Source: Pyrinomonadaceae bacterium | GTDB lineage: Bacteria > Acidobacteriota > Blastocatellia > Pyrinomonadales > Pyrinomonadaceae | Direction: 5' to 3' | DNA length: 64,000 bases | Assembly (NCBI GenBank): GCA_036522655.1 | Contig: DATDFK010000004.1 | Span: 12,805-76,804 of the forward strand | In this document: positions 18,139-28,799 of the stretch, piece by piece | Numbering within the stretch: the stretch's first letter is position 1 | How the letters are laid out: each line of letters starts with the position of its first letter | The notes under the pieces: generated by a model | Database searches by the model: none | What the model was told of the DNA's origin: nothing | Seen by the model: only the letters and a program-made list of their open reading frames with translations | Position numbers and translations under genes: made by a program

Positions 18139-20397
18139 ATGAAGAGGAAATTTCCCGGCCTTCCATTCGTGCTGCTCGCCTGTGCGGTGTGCGCGCTCTC
18201 ACCGACGACTGTCTCAGCGCAGAGGCGCGGCAGAGTCACGGTCGAGTCCGTCAACGCGCGCTTCAACCAGCTCGCGGACGCAGCGTTACGCGGGTACTAC
18301 GATTTCAACCCGACGGAGGCGACAGCCGCCGGGCTGCATGAATACGACTCGCGGCTCGAATCACGCAGCCGCGAGCGTGTCGCGCAGGAAATCAGACGAC
18401 TTCGCGCGACGCAACAATCGCTGCTGCGTATCTGGGACGGCGCGCTCACGGAAGAGGCGCGGCTGGATTATCAGGTACTGCTTGCTCACATCAAGGCCCA
18501 GCTCCTCGAACTCGAAGAGATACGCATGTGGCAGCGCGACCCGAACGTCTACAATCGCATCGCCGCCGCAAGCGTCGACAATATTCTGAAACGAAACTAC
18601 GCGCCCATCGAAGAGCGCCTCGATGCCGTCATGGCGCGCGAGCGCGAGATCACGCGCCTGCTTGCGGAAGCGCGCGTCAATCTCGATAATCCGCCGCGCA
18701 TCTATACCGAGATGGCTATCAGCCAGGTGCGCGGAAGCATCGACTATTTCTCGCGCGTCGTGCCGCAGATGATCGAGCGCGCGGCGGGCGGTCGCCTTAC
18801 GTCCGCGCGTCGCGCGCAGATCGAGACCTCGAACGAGGGAGTGCTGGCGGCGCTGCGCTCCTTCGCCGACTGGCTCGAACGCGACCTGCTGCCGCGCTCT
18901 AACGCAAGCTTTGCCATCGGAGCGGATAACTATCGCCGCAAGCTGCTCTACGAAGAGATGGTGGACACGCCGCTGCCTCAACTGCTGGCGAGCGGCGAGC
19001 GGGAACTGCGCCGGACGCAGGAAGAGATGCGCAACCTCGCCGAAGAGATTGCGCCGGGACGCGGCATCTCTTACGCGCTGCGCCAACTGGAGAGCGATCA
19101 CCCGACAGCCGACGGGCTCGTCGGCGATGCCCGCGCCGAGCTTAATCGCATCCGCGCCTTCGTCCGCACGCAGAACATACTGACTCCCCCTCAGCGCGAG
19201 AATCTGATCGTCGCCGAGACCCCGGAGTATGCGCGCTCGCTCTCGTTTGCTTCGATGGATACTTCGGGCCCGTTCGAGCGCGTGGCCACCGAAAGCTATT
19301 ATTACCTGACGCCGCCCGACCCCGCCTGGAACGCGCAACAGAGGGAAGAACACCTCGGCCACTACAATCGCTACAGCCTTCAGATCACTTCCATCCACGA
19401 GGTTTATCCCGGCCATTACTACCAGCTTCTAAAGCTTCAGCAGCATCCCTCGCGTGTTCGCAAGGCGTTCGGCGCGGCCAGCTTCGTCGAAGGGTGGGCC
19501 CACTACTGCGAGCAGATGATGTTGGACGAAGGCTTCGGCGGCAACAACCCCAGGCTCAGGCTCGCGCAGCTCAACGCCGCCCTGCTCCGTTTGTGTCGCT
19601 ACGTGGTGGGCATTCGCCTGCACACGCGTGCGATGTCTTACGCGGAGGCCGTGGACTTCTTCATGCACGAAGGCTATCAGGAGCGGGTCAACGCGGAGCG
19701 CGAGGCGCGGCGCGGGACGGTTGACCCGACCTATCTCGTCTACACGCTCGGCAAGATGGAGATCATGCGCTTGCGCGAAGATTGGCGGGCGCGCATGGGC
19801 CCATCCTTCAACCTCGGCGAGTTTCACGACCGGCTGCTCAGTTACGGAATGCCGCCCGTTAAGATCATACGCCAGGCCATGCTCGGCAATGCGCGCCCCG
19901 GCCCTGGGCCCACAGCGAATGAGGCGACGGAGCCGCAGAAGGCGCTCGATTTCTCGGTGCTCGCAACCGGCGCATACAGCAGCTACGCGGGAAGAGAGCG
20001 CGCCCTTCAACTCGTGATGAACGAGGGCGAGTGGCAGAGCGTGTGGCGCATCATCGGCGGGGGTCGCCCAGCGCCCGACATCACGTTCGATACGCGCGCC
20101 GTCATCCTTGCCTTTCAGGGACAAAAGCCGACGGGCGGTTATGGCATCTCGATCGCGGAAATCCTGCGCGACGGTAAAACCTTGAGCGTGCGCACAAGCG
20201 AACACGAGCCCGCACGCGGAGAGCTTAATGCGCAGGCTTTGACTTCCCCCTTCGTCGCCGTTTTAATTCCGCGCCCGCCCGAAGGGGCCTCCGTCAGGTT
20301 TGCTGAGAGTGTGGAAAATCCCGTGCGAAATCGTCCCGGCGAGCGTCGAACTAATAGACGGCGTGATGTTTACAGAAGGCGCGGGGTGAGCCCTTGA
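18139..20397 (+). CDS. Secreted DUF885-family protein fused to a C-terminal PrcB-like domain
   Basis: Signal peptide. DUF885 signature IHEVYPGHYYQ. C-terminal roughly 150 aa with GQKPTGGYGISIAEILRDGKTLSV resembling protease-complex subunit PrcB C-domain. Confidence 0.7.
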   Translation: MKRKFPGLPFVLLACAVCALSPTTVSAQRRGRVTVESVNARFNQLADAALRGYYDFNPTEATAAGLHEYDSRLESRSRERVAQEIRRLRATQQSLLRIWDGALTEEARLDYQVLLAHIKAQLLELEEIRMWQRDPNVYNRIAAASVDNILKRNYAPIEERLDAVMAREREITRLLAEARVNLDNPPRIYTEMAISQVRGSIDYFSRVVPQMIERAAGGRLTSARRAQIETSNEGVLAALRSFADWLERDLLPRSNASFAIGADNYRRKLLYEEMVDTPLPQLLASGERELRRTQEEMRNLAEEIAPGRGISYALRQLESDHPTADGLVGDARAELNRIRAFVRTQNILTPPQRENLIVAETPEYARSLSFASMDTSGPFERVATESYYYLTPPDPAWNAQQREEHLGHYNRYSLQITSIHEVYPGHYYQLLKLQQHPSRVRKAFGAASFVEGWAHYCEQMMLDEGFGGNNPRLRLAQLNAALLRLCRYVVGIRLHTRAMSYAEAVDFFMHEGYQERVNAEREARRGTVDPTYLVYTLGKMEIMRLREDWRARMGPSFNLGEFHDRLLSYGMPPVKIIRQAMLGNARPGPGPTANEATEPQKALDFSVLATGAYSSYAGRERALQLVMNEGEWQSVWRIIGGGRPAPDITFDTRAVILAFQGQKPTGGYGISIAEILRDGKTLSVRTSEHEPARGELNAQALTSPFVAVLIPRPPEGASVRFAESVENPVRNRPGERRTNRRRDVYRRRGVSP

Positions 20398-20582
20398 GTA
20401 GTGACGGGGCCAACCCGTTTGTGCTAGGATTCATCAAACCAAAGCCAGCAAACAAGACCGTGAGGCGCATTTCAAGACGGTCAATTTGGTAGAGATTGAC
20501 GCGCTCTCTCCCCCTGCGCGTTTGCCGCAGTAGTGTCGTGGCGGGTTTTCCGGGAAGTGTTTCGGGGGAGACGTTTTGCTGT

Positions 20583-20630
20583 AGAGAGCGGCGCGCCCTC
20601 GGATTCAAAGAGGGCACGCCGCTCTCTTAG
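20583..20630 (+). terminator. Probable terminator hairpin after the DUF885 gene
   Basis: GAGAGCGGCGCGCCCT / AGGGCACGCCGCTCTC stem (15/16 pairs) around loop GGATTCAAAG, then TTAGTTTA. Confidence 0.4.
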
Positions 20631-20656
20631 TTTACGTGGATAAGAGGAGGGAGAGA

Positions 20657-22072
20657 ATGATCACACTCAAGCAACGCCGCGCCGTTCTCGCCGGGCTCAT
20701 GGCCCTGGCGATCTTCGTCGCGCCCCAGGCCGTCTTCGCGCAGACACAGATCAGCTATCACAGCAATAAGTATAGCGTCAACGATGATGTCAAAGTCGGT
20801 CGGCAGGCGGCGGCGGAAGTCGAGCAGCAGATGCCGATCCTGAACGATCAGGAAGTGACCGCTTACGTCCAGGATATAGGCCAGCGGCTCGTCGCCAATA
20901 TTCCGCCGCAGTTTCAGCATCGCGAATTTCAATATTACTTTAAAGTTGTCAACGCGTCCGACATCAATGCCTTCGCGTTGCCGGGTGGGCCCATGTACGT
21001 CAATCGCGGGATGATCGAAGCCGCGCGCACGGAGGGCGAAGTGGCGGGCGTGATGGCCCACGAGTTGAGCCACGTCGCGCTCAGGCACGGGACGGCGCAG
21101 GCGACCAAGGCACAGAAGTATCAATACGGAGCGATTGCCGGAGCCATCCTCGGCTCGGTCATCGGCGGCGGCCTCGGTCAGGTCGTCGGGCAGGGAACGC
21201 AGTTGGCGGTCGGCGCATACTTTCTCAAGTTCAGCCGCGAGTATGAGACCGAAGCGGACATCCTCGGTGCACAAATTATGGCGCGCGCCGGATACGACCC
21301 GCGCGATCTGGCGAACATGTTTCGCACCATCGAGCGGACGAGCGGCGGCGGTGGCGGCGGCTTTTTGAGCGATCACCCGAGCCCGGCCAATCGCTACGCG
21401 CGCATCAATCAGGAAGCAGCCATGCTGAGAGTCAGGACTCCGACGATCGAGAATACGGCTGAGCTGCGTCAGATTCAGAATCGCCTGCGCGGGCAGGGAC
21501 GCGCTCCTTCAATGTCGGAGATCGCGCGCAGCGGCCAGCGATACCCGCAGCAGGGCGAAGGCGGCGGCTCGCCCGCATACGGCGGCAACATCGGAAGAGT
21601 CTCTTATCCTTCGACGCGCTACCGGACATACACGGGCGGCAATCTGTTCCGCGTCAGCTACCCGGATAACTGGCGCGAGCTGCCGTCCAATAACGTCGTC
21701 TGGTTTGCTCCCGAGGGAGGGTACGGTCAGAACACTTTCACGCACGGCGTCAGCATCGGAATCGAGCAGGCGCAGAGCAACAATCTGCGACAGGCGACCG
21801 ATGCCTTTATCAATCAGTTGGCCCAGGGGAGCCGGAGCCTGCGCCAGCAGAGCGGCTACCAGCGCGGCACGATCGATCGCCACACGGCGCTCGCCATCAC
21901 GCTCTCGAACGTCAACGAGGCGACGGGGCAGGCCGAAATCGTCAACGTCTATACGACGATGCTGCGCGACGGCAGCCTCTTTTACATGATCGCCGTCGCA
22001 CCGCAGAGCGATTACCGCAGCTTCCAGGGAGCGTTCAGCCGTATTATGAGCTCCATCCAGCTTAACGACTAA
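20657..22072 (+). CDS. Secreted M48-family zinc metallopeptidase
   Basis: ATG at 20657 with AAGAGGAGGGAGAG ribosome-binding site. HELSHVALRHG plus EADILG motif. Gly-rich segment and C-terminal domain. Confidence 0.85.
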   Translation: MITLKQRRAVLAGLMALAIFVAPQAVFAQTQISYHSNKYSVNDDVKVGRQAAAEVEQQMPILNDQEVTAYVQDIGQRLVANIPPQFQHREFQYYFKVVNASDINAFALPGGPMYVNRGMIEAARTEGEVAGVMAHELSHVALRHGTAQATKAQKYQYGAIAGAILGSVIGGGLGQVVGQGTQLAVGAYFLKFSREYETEADILGAQIMARAGYDPRDLANMFRTIERTSGGGGGGFLSDHPSPANRYARINQEAAMLRVRTPTIENTAELRQIQNRLRGQGRAPSMSEIARSGQRYPQQGEGGGSPAYGGNIGRVSYPSTRYRTYTGGNLFRVSYPDNWRELPSNNVVWFAPEGGYGQNTFTHGVSIGIEQAQSNNLRQATDAFINQLAQGSRSLRQQSGYQRGTIDRHTALAITLSNVNEATGQAEIVNVYTTMLRDGSLFYMIAVAPQSDYRSFQGAFSRIMSSIQLND

Positions 22073-22300
22073 ACGGGAAGCCCCGTAGGGGCGAGCGGAA
22101 TGTAGCCCACGGCGTCAGCCGTGGGGGCAATACGATTGGAGAGACAAGAGAGCCCCGAAGGGGCGAAAGAAACTCACCACTAGTTATCATGTGGATTGAG
22201 TTTCTTTCGCCCCTCCGGGGCTCGCTCTTTAATCGTCTGCTCTATACCTATGACTTACGTCATGGGCTACATTCCGCTCGCCCCTTCGGGGCTTCATTTG
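22073..22300. repeat. Nested palindromic element (outer 34-bp inverted repeat about 150 bp apart, inner 28-bp inverted repeat, four GCCCC-NNNN-GGGGC mini-hairpins)
   Basis: GGAAGCCCCGTAGGGGCGAGCGGAATGTAGCCCA ... TGGGCTACATTCCGCTCGCCCCTTCGGGGCTTC. Inner AGAGCCCCGAAGGGGCGAAAGAAACTCA ... TGAGTTTCTTTCGCCCCTCCGGGGCTC. Confidence 0.6.
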
Positions 22301-22315
22301 GTTTGTCAACGTGTT

Positions 22316-23017
22316 CTAGCCGATGAGCGGCATCTTCGCGCCGCATTCGGGGCAAAACTTGGTCGGGCTTTCCGGTTGATGACCGCAGCCCGCACAGGTC
22401 GGGCGCGCGGGCTTGGTCGGTGTCCCGCATTCGGGACAGAACTTGGCACGCCCTACCTCTGCTCCGCACGATGAGCAGTTGGCAGACCGCGCGGTCGCCT
22501 GTTGCTCGGCGCGCGAAGGGGCTCGGACATGAGAGTCAGCGCTCATGTCTATCTTCGAGGCATAGTCGGTGGCGCGCGCCTTCTCTTGCAGTTGCTCGCG
22601 TGTGGCATCGGCTTTGGCCTGCGCGTGCGACGAGGCAAGCTCCTCCTGGTAATCCGGCGCGCACTCTTCGCATTGACCGGCGCTCGCGTTCCAGCAGACC
22701 TCCGGGCAGACCCACTTGCCGCAACGCGAGCATTGATGAAAATGTTGCTTACCTTCCTCGACCGCCGTTTGCAGCGCGTTGTCGTGCGCCTTGCCGCCGA
22801 CGGCGCGCTGCATCTCGTAAGCGGAATTCCCGGCGGAGCTGGCCCAACCGCCGAAAAGATCGCCCGCCGCGCGCAGCAAAGACCCGGCTGTGCCGATCGT
22901 CGAGGTCTGAAAACTGGACAGGTAGCCGTTGCCGCACTTGTCGCAGTAGAACTTGAACTGGTAGCCGCGATCCGTCGAAAGGTCTTCGTAGTTTCTGACG
23001 AAGGGAATAAGTGCCAT
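22316..23017 (-). CDS. Zinc-ribbon domain protein (multiple CxxC pairs)
   Basis: YCDKCGN..CSRCGKWVCPEVC..CSSCGAEVGRAKFCPECG..CAGCG..FCPECG. AGGAGG/GGAGAGAG ribosome-binding site. Confidence 0.6.
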   Translation of the reverse strand: MALIPFVRNYEDLSTDRGYQFKFYCDKCGNGYLSSFQTSTIGTAGSLLRAAGDLFGGWASSAGNSAYEMQRAVGGKAHDNALQTAVEEGKQHFHQCSRCGKWVCPEVCWNASAGQCEECAPDYQEELASSHAQAKADATREQLQEKARATDYASKIDMSADSHVRAPSRAEQQATARSANCSSCGAEVGRAKFCPECGTPTKPARPTCAGCGHQPESPTKFCPECGAKMPLIG

Positions 23018-23149
23018 GCTCTCTCTCCTGTGCCTCCTGCTATTTTTATAAGTTGTGAATGATTGAGGAGCCCTTGTCGCCCCTATGGGCGACGAGCAAT
23101 CATTCTAGCACTTGTCACGCGTCACTTGTTACTGCTCTCCGGCACTTGG

Positions 23150-23998
23150 TCACTGCCTTTTCGCTTCCTGCCAGAGCGCCTCCATCTCGTCTATGGTCGC
23201 GGCGTCAAGGGAACGACCGCGCGCCTCAAGCCCGCGCTCGATGTAGCGGAAGCGGCGGCGAAATTTGCGATTGGCCAGCTTCAGCGCGGCCTCCGGCTCG
23301 GCCCCCAGATGGCGCGCGATATTGGTGACCGCGAAGAGCAGGTCGCCCAACTCTTCGCGCACGCGCGCCTGCTGCCGCTCCGCTTCGGCCTCCATTTCCG
23401 CGCCTTGCTCCACGGCGGCGACGTTCTCGCGTATGGCTGCGCGCAGCTCGTCTATCTCCTCATGCAGCTTATCGAAAATATCTTCGATGTTATTCCAGTC
23501 AAAGCCGACGCGCGCCGCTTTGGTCGAGAGCTGGTGCGCCTCCATCAACGCGGGCACTTTCGCGGAGACGCCGTCCAGCAGCGACGAGTCTTCGGAACGC
23601 GTCGTGCGCCCGGAGGCGCGCTTCTCTTCCGCCTTGATCGCCTCCCAGTTGCGCAGGACTTCAGCCGTGTCGTTTGCCTCCGCGTCCGCGAAGACGTGCG
23701 GGTGGCGGCGCACCATCTTCGTGTGAATCGCGTCGGTCACTTCAGCGATCGTAAAGTCGCCGCGCTCGGCTGCGACCTGCGCGTAGAAGACTATCTGGAA
23801 GAGCAGGTCGCCGAGCTCGTCGCGCAGCTCCAGTGGATTCCCTTCGCGCGCCTCTTCGACGGCCTCGAATGCTTCGTAAGCCTCTTCGATGAGCATCGGC
23901 GCGAGCGTCGCATACGTCTGTTCACGATCCCACGGACACCCCTCCGGCGAGCGCAGTCGCGCCATCAGCGTCACAAGATCATCAAATGAAGCGGGCAT
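23150..23998 (-). CDS. mazG: Nucleoside triphosphate pyrophosphohydrolase MazG
   Basis: Tandem MazG domains ([22 protein letters not shown] and [27 protein letters not shown]). Confidence 0.85.
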   Translation of the reverse strand: MPASFDDLVTLMARLRSPEGCPWDREQTYATLAPMLIEEAYEAFEAVEEAREGNPLELRDELGDLLFQIVFYAQVAAERGDFTIAEVTDAIHTKMVRRHPHVFADAEANDTAEVLRNWEAIKAEEKRASGRTTRSEDSSLLDGVSAKVPALMEAHQLSTKAARVGFDWNNIEDIFDKLHEEIDELRAAIRENVAAVEQGAEMEAEAERQQARVREELGDLLFAVTNIARHLGAEPEAALKLANRKFRRRFRYIERGLEARGRSLDAATIDEMEALWQEAKRQ

Positions 23999-24262
23999 GG
24001 ATAATTCTCAAATCTGAACTCGTAAATTTGAAAGCCTAAAGCTGCCGAGACATCAAGTCTAAAGCCTAAAGGCTTGCGCTCCAAGCCGCAGCGCGCGCGG
24101 ATGCCGGAACAGCGCGAGGGCGGGCCAATCCGTTTCTTGCGAGCGCATGCAGTGTGGTGCTACCATCAATCGCATCGGTAAAGAAAACTTGAAATAGAAA
24201 GAGTAAGGAAGCGCGCCGCCTTGCAAGCAGTTTGACGCCCGGCGCGTCTTTCGGAATTTAAG

Positions 24263-24904
24263 ATGAGCGAAGAACAGCCCACTTTTAAAGTCAGAGACCG
24301 TCGTTTATTCAACGCCGACGGCACGCCGCGCGAGATCGAGCGTGAGGAAACGCCCGATAGCCAAACCACTTCGGCCGCGTCTTCCGCTGCTGTCGCATCC
24401 GCGACGACCGACACCTCAAGCACAGAGCGCGAAGCCGCCGACACCCCATTCGCCTCGACGCAAGCGGCGGGCGAGCAGGATGCTGGCGGCGCTGCTGCCG
24501 ACGCCTCTTCAGCGCGAACGAGCGCGCGAGAATCGGAAGCCGCGTCTTCCGCCGGAGCGCATGCTCAGGACGAAGACCTCTATACCGAAGATGAAGTCCC
24601 GGGGGCGGATAACCCCGCGAGTTTTATCAATTTCCTGATGTCCATCGCCTCGAACGCCGCCGCCGCGCTCGGCATGATGGAGCATCCCGTGACGGGCCAG
24701 CGCGGGGTTGATCTGCCGCTCGCCAAACACTGGATTGACGTGCTCGGCATGCTGCACCAGAAGACGCGCGGCAACCTCGTCATGCAGGAGCAGCAAATCT
24801 TTGAAGGGCTGCTCTCTGACCTGCGTCTACAGTACGTCACGCTCACCACGCCGCCCACATCGCCGCGCGCTTTTACGGGCCGCGACATCTTAGGAGGAAA
24901 GTAG
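24263..24904 (+). CDS. DUF1844-like protein (acidic low-complexity N-half, conserved C-half)
   Basis: FKVRDRRLF N-terminus and SFINFLMSIASNAAAALG C-region. Confidence 0.55.
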   Translation: MSEEQPTFKVRDRRLFNADGTPREIEREETPDSQTTSAASSAAVASATTDTSSTEREAADTPFASTQAAGEQDAGGAAADASSARTSARESEAASSAGAHAQDEDLYTEDEVPGADNPASFINFLMSIASNAAAALGMMEHPVTGQRGVDLPLAKHWIDVLGMLHQKTRGNLVMQEQQIFEGLLSDLRLQYVTLTTPPTSPRAFTGRDILGGK

Positions 24905-24981
24905 TCGGCGGCCAGCGAGCAGTCGCCGGTTAAACTTTCGCTGTTAACTGACGACTACTGGCTGGCAACCGGCTGCTGATT

Positions 24982-25746
24982 ATGAAACTGACTTTCCTCG
25001 GCACGGGAACATCCACGGGCGTGCCGTCCATCGGGTGCGAGTGCGAGACCTGCACTTCGGATGACCCGCGCGACAAGCGCCTGCGCGTCTCCGTCCTCAT
25101 AGAGCATGCCGGGCAGACCATCCTCGTCGACACTTCTTCGGACTTTCGCCAGCAAGCCCTGCGTCATAGATTGAAGCGGCTCGATGCCGTGCTCGTCACG
25201 CATTGCCATGCCGATCACATCTTCGGGCTAGACGATATTCGCCCGCTCAACTTTCGCTACGGCGCGCTGGGCGTCTACGCCAACGAGCGTGCCTGGAAAG
25301 ATATACGCAGGATTTTCCAATACATCTTCGAGCCGTCGCATTATGGCGGCGGGCTGCCGCAGGTCTTGGCCCATACGGTTGTGCCGGGCGCTCCCTTCCT
25401 CTTCGGCCATGACCTACAGGTCACGCCGCTCGAAGTCATACACGGACGCCTGCCCGTCATCGCTTATCGCTTCAACGACTTCGCCTATGCGACAGACCTG
25501 AACGAGATTCCACCCGAAACGATTGACGGCCTGCGCGGCCTGGACGTGCTCGCGCTCGATTGCCTGCGCTTCCGCGAGCACCCGACGCATCTCTGGCTTG
25601 ATCGCGCCCTTGATTACATCAACGAGATCAAGCCGCGCCGCACGTACCTGACGCACATCGCACACGATGTCAAACACGCCCGCGACAGTCACAAACTGCC
25701 GCACGGCGTCCAATTCGCTTACGACGGACTGGAAGTACAAGGATGA
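24982..25746 (+). CDS. MBL-fold metallo-hydrolase (PhnP/cyclic-phosphodiesterase-like)
   Basis: LGTGTSTGVPS, VTHCHADHIFGLDD. Confidence 0.8.
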   Translation: MKLTFLGTGTSTGVPSIGCECETCTSDDPRDKRLRVSVLIEHAGQTILVDTSSDFRQQALRHRLKRLDAVLVTHCHADHIFGLDDIRPLNFRYGALGVYANERAWKDIRRIFQYIFEPSHYGGGLPQVLAHTVVPGAPFLFGHDLQVTPLEVIHGRLPVIAYRFNDFAYATDLNEIPPETIDGLRGLDVLALDCLRFREHPTHLWLDRALDYINEIKPRRTYLTHIAHDVKHARDSHKLPHGVQFAYDGLEVQG

Positions 25747-25860
25747 AGGCGGAAGGCGGAAGGCGGAAGGATGAAGGATGAAGGATGAAAGAAATACTTT
25801 AAGAGCTTCACATTCTTGAAAGCTTTTCCTTCATCCTTCATCCTTCATCCTTCATCCTTG
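25737..25860. repeat. Family A palindromic repeat, copy 1
   Basis: (GGATGAA/GGCGGAA)x7 ... core ... (TTCATCC)x4. Stop codon of the MBL gene lies in left arm. Confidence 0.75.
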
Positions 25861-25868
25861 CTTTTCTT

Positions 25869-26828
25869 ATGCGCTTATTTCACGGAACTGATAATGCCGA
25901 GATAGAGCGGCCCACTGTCCTGACGCTGGGTGTGTTTGATGGTTTGCATCTGGGCCATCAACTGATTATGCGGACGGTGGTCGAGCGTGCGCGCGAGACG
26001 GGTGCTGTGCCGACCGTGATTACTTTCGACCCGCACCCGCGCGCCGTGCTGCATCCCGAATCCGCGCCTCCGCTGCTTCAGACCTTCGATCAGAAGATCG
26101 AAGCCTTCGGCGTCCTCGGCCTCGAACAGACGATCGTGATCCGCTTCAACAAGGCTTTCGCGCAGCTCAGGGCAGAGGATTTTCTGCGCGACGTGGTGGC
26201 CGAACGCTTGCAGGCGAGAGAGGTTTATCTGGGGCGCGGCTTCGCCTTCGGGCGCGACCGCGAGGGCAATATAGAATTGCTCAGGAAAGTCAGCGACATG
26301 CTGGGCTTTCGCGCCGAAGAAGTGCCGGAAGTGCAGTTGCGCGGGCAGCGAATCAGCTCAAGCCGGATCAGGCAACTGCTCTCGGAGGGGCGGGCCAATC
26401 TGGCGCGGCGCATGCTGGGGCGTCCTTACGGTGTCGAGGGACGCGTCGTGCGCGGGCAGGAGCGCGGGCGAACCCTTGGGTTCCCGACGGCCAACCTGCG
26501 CCCGCAAAATCGCGTCATACCTCGCAACGGAGTTTACGTGACGGCAACTCTGATCGAGGGCGCGTGGCGACGCAGCATCACAAACGTCGGCACGCGCCCG
26601 ACCTTTGAACAGGAGGCGGAACCTTCCGTCGAAACCTACGTAATAAACTGGTCAGGAGACCTCTACGGCGATGTGCTGCGTGTGCGTTTCCTGCATCGCC
26701 TGCGCGACGAAAGGAAGTTTGCGTCGATCGAAGATTTGAGAGCGCAGATCGAGCGCGACCGGGAGACGGCCAACAGGTATTTCGAGCGCCGAGGTGTCCG
26801 GCGCTCACTGGCGATCAAAGAGCAGTGA
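25869..26828 (+). CDS. ribF: Bifunctional riboflavin kinase / FMN adenylyltransferase
   Basis: LTLGVFDGLHLGHQ nucleotidyltransferase motif, GFPTAN and riboflavin-kinase C-domain. Confidence 0.9.
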   Translation: MRLFHGTDNAEIERPTVLTLGVFDGLHLGHQLIMRTVVERARETGAVPTVITFDPHPRAVLHPESAPPLLQTFDQKIEAFGVLGLEQTIVIRFNKAFAQLRAEDFLRDVVAERLQAREVYLGRGFAFGRDREGNIELLRKVSDMLGFRAEEVPEVQLRGQRISSSRIRQLLSEGRANLARRMLGRPYGVEGRVVRGQERGRTLGFPTANLRPQNRVIPRNGVYVTATLIEGAWRRSITNVGTRPTFEQEAEPSVETYVINWSGDLYGDVLRVRFLHRLRDERKFASIEDLRAQIERDRETANRYFERRGVRRSLAIKEQ

Positions 26829-26955
26829 AGAGAGTGACGGGCGACAAGTGACGGGCATCGATAAGCTTTAAACTCGCCACCTGTCGCTCACCATTTTTCA
26901 CTGCTTTTTTTGGCACAGTATCGCGACAAGTTTCGGGTATCTTTAAGAGACTTAT

Positions 26956-28758
26956 ATGGCAGCAACGGAACAGCAGCAGCAGGCGATGGTTTTGCGAGAG
27001 CAGGGAAGTGCAGGCGCGGGCCCGAACGGCAATGGTTCTCGGAAGTCCGGTCAAGACGAAAGGGCCCATGCCCGCGCGGGCAACGGCGCGCAGCGTAATG
27101 GTGCTGCGAGCATCGGGTCGCCCGCCGCGACTACCGGGAAGCCGCTCATGCTTCTGCCGGGCGCGGAAGTCAACCGAGAGCAAGCGGACATCAAGGTGCA
27201 TGGCTTGCGGGGCGTGATGCGATCGCTCGCGGTCGCGCGCGTGCTCGGCATGCTCTCGCTCTACCTGTTCCTCAATGACTATGACATTCGCCGTAGCTTC
27301 AACCGCCGCATCAGCGAGCGGCTGCGCGAAGAGGCGAGGGAGCGCGGACGCATCGCGCTCTTTCAGGAATGGAGCCGCGATGTCGATCGCCGCGCGCTAG
27401 ACTTTTTCATCCGTGGCATACGCTTTCTGGTCTTTCGCGGCGCGGAGGGGACGGCCACGAAAGAGGCGCGACTGGAGAAACAGGCCGTCTGGCTCAAAGA
27501 GAATCTGATCGCGCTTGGGCCCACTTTTATCAAGATCGGCCAATCGCTGGGAACGCGCGGCGATCTACTGCCGCTCGCTTATGTCAAGGAGCTGGCCCTG
27601 CTGCAAGATCAGGTTCCGCCCTTCCCGACGACCGAAGCATATGCGCGCATAGAGAGCGAGCTGGGCCAATCGCTCCGCCAAGCCTTTGCCGAGATCGACG
27701 CCGAGCCTGTGGCCGCCGCCTCGCTCGGACAGGTGTATCGTGCTCGTATGCATACGGGCGAAGAGGTCGCCATCAAGGTGCAGCGGCCCAACCTGTCGGA
27801 GATCATCGGCCTCGACATAGCCATCCTCCGCAGGCTCGTGCATCTGGTCAATCGCTTCTTCCCGCAGGCGAACGAGAACGCCGACTGGGAAGGGATGCTG
27901 CGCGAGTTCAACGAGACCATCCATGAAGAGATGGACTACGCGCAGGAGGGGCGCAACGCAGACCGCTTCCGCGAGAATTTCAAGACGTGGCGGGCCATCC
28001 ACGTCCCGCGCATACACTGGTCGCATTCCACCACGCACGTCCTCACGATGGAATTCATACGCGGCACGAAGGTCACGGACATAGAGGGCTTGCGCGCCCA
28101 TCGTATCTCGCCATTGAAGGTCAATCGACTGCTCGTCAAGACGTACCTGAAGCAGCTACTGGAGGACGGCTTCTTTCACGCCGACCCGCATCCGGGGAAC
28201 CTGCTCGTGATGGACACTGGCCACCTGGCCTTCTTCGATTTCGGCATGACCGGGCGCATTACGCCGCGCCTGCAATCGATGATGATCGACGCCTTCTTCC
28301 ACGTCGTCGGACGCGACGTGCACGGGTTGGCCCAGGACTTAATCAATCTCAACTTCCTCAAGCCCGGCGTTGACCCCGAAAGGGTACGTCCCGTCGTCGA
28401 AGGACTCTTCCGCCATTACCTGAATCTGAAACTGGGCGACGTGAATTTCAAAGAGCTGACTTATGATCTCGCCGAAGTGATGTACGAGTACCCGTTCCGG
28501 CTGCCCGCCAACTTCACCTACATCATCCGTGCGTTGATGACGCTCGAAGGCATAGGCATCGTCACAGACCCCGGCTTCAGCTTCTTCGATACGGCCAAGC
28601 CCTACGCCAAGGAGTTCATGCTCAGGCGCGAGGGCAAGCAGTTTCGTAAGCTCATGATGGACAAGCTCACGGGGCGGGACAGCGAAGGTCGCATCGAGTG
28701 GGCCAAGGTCTGGAAGCTGGCGAAGATGGCCGCGAAGATGTACCTCGACAAGGAATGA
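26956..28758 (+). CDS. ABC1/UbiB-family atypical kinase
   Basis: [25 protein letters not shown] motifs. Confidence 0.85.
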   Translation: MAATEQQQQAMVLREQGSAGAGPNGNGSRKSGQDERAHARAGNGAQRNGAASIGSPAATTGKPLMLLPGAEVNREQADIKVHGLRGVMRSLAVARVLGMLSLYLFLNDYDIRRSFNRRISERLREEARERGRIALFQEWSRDVDRRALDFFIRGIRFLVFRGAEGTATKEARLEKQAVWLKENLIALGPTFIKIGQSLGTRGDLLPLAYVKELALLQDQVPPFPTTEAYARIESELGQSLRQAFAEIDAEPVAAASLGQVYRARMHTGEEVAIKVQRPNLSEIIGLDIAILRRLVHLVNRFFPQANENADWEGMLREFNETIHEEMDYAQEGRNADRFRENFKTWRAIHVPRIHWSHSTTHVLTMEFIRGTKVTDIEGLRAHRISPLKVNRLLVKTYLKQLLEDGFFHADPHPGNLLVMDTGHLAFFDFGMTGRITPRLQSMMIDAFFHVVGRDVHGLAQDLINLNFLKPGVDPERVRPVVEGLFRHYLNLKLGDVNFKELTYDLAEVMYEYPFRLPANFTYIIRALMTLEGIGIVTDPGFSFFDTAKPYAKEFMLRREGKQFRKLMMDKLTGRDSEGRIEWAKVWKLAKMAAKMYLDKE

Positions 28759-28799
28759 TCGTCGCGCGTTGAAGCCGAAGCTGTCCGGCAGCGTCAGAG

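Noticed and set aside
18361-19416. 351-aa minus-strand ORF and 19429..20205 ORF
   Set aside because: Antisense to the DUF885 gene, which carries a signal peptide and family signature.
23063-23989. 308-aa plus-strand ORF
   Set aside because: Fully overlaps mazG on the opposite strand. Arg/Leu-rich composition typical of antisense frames in high-GC DNA.
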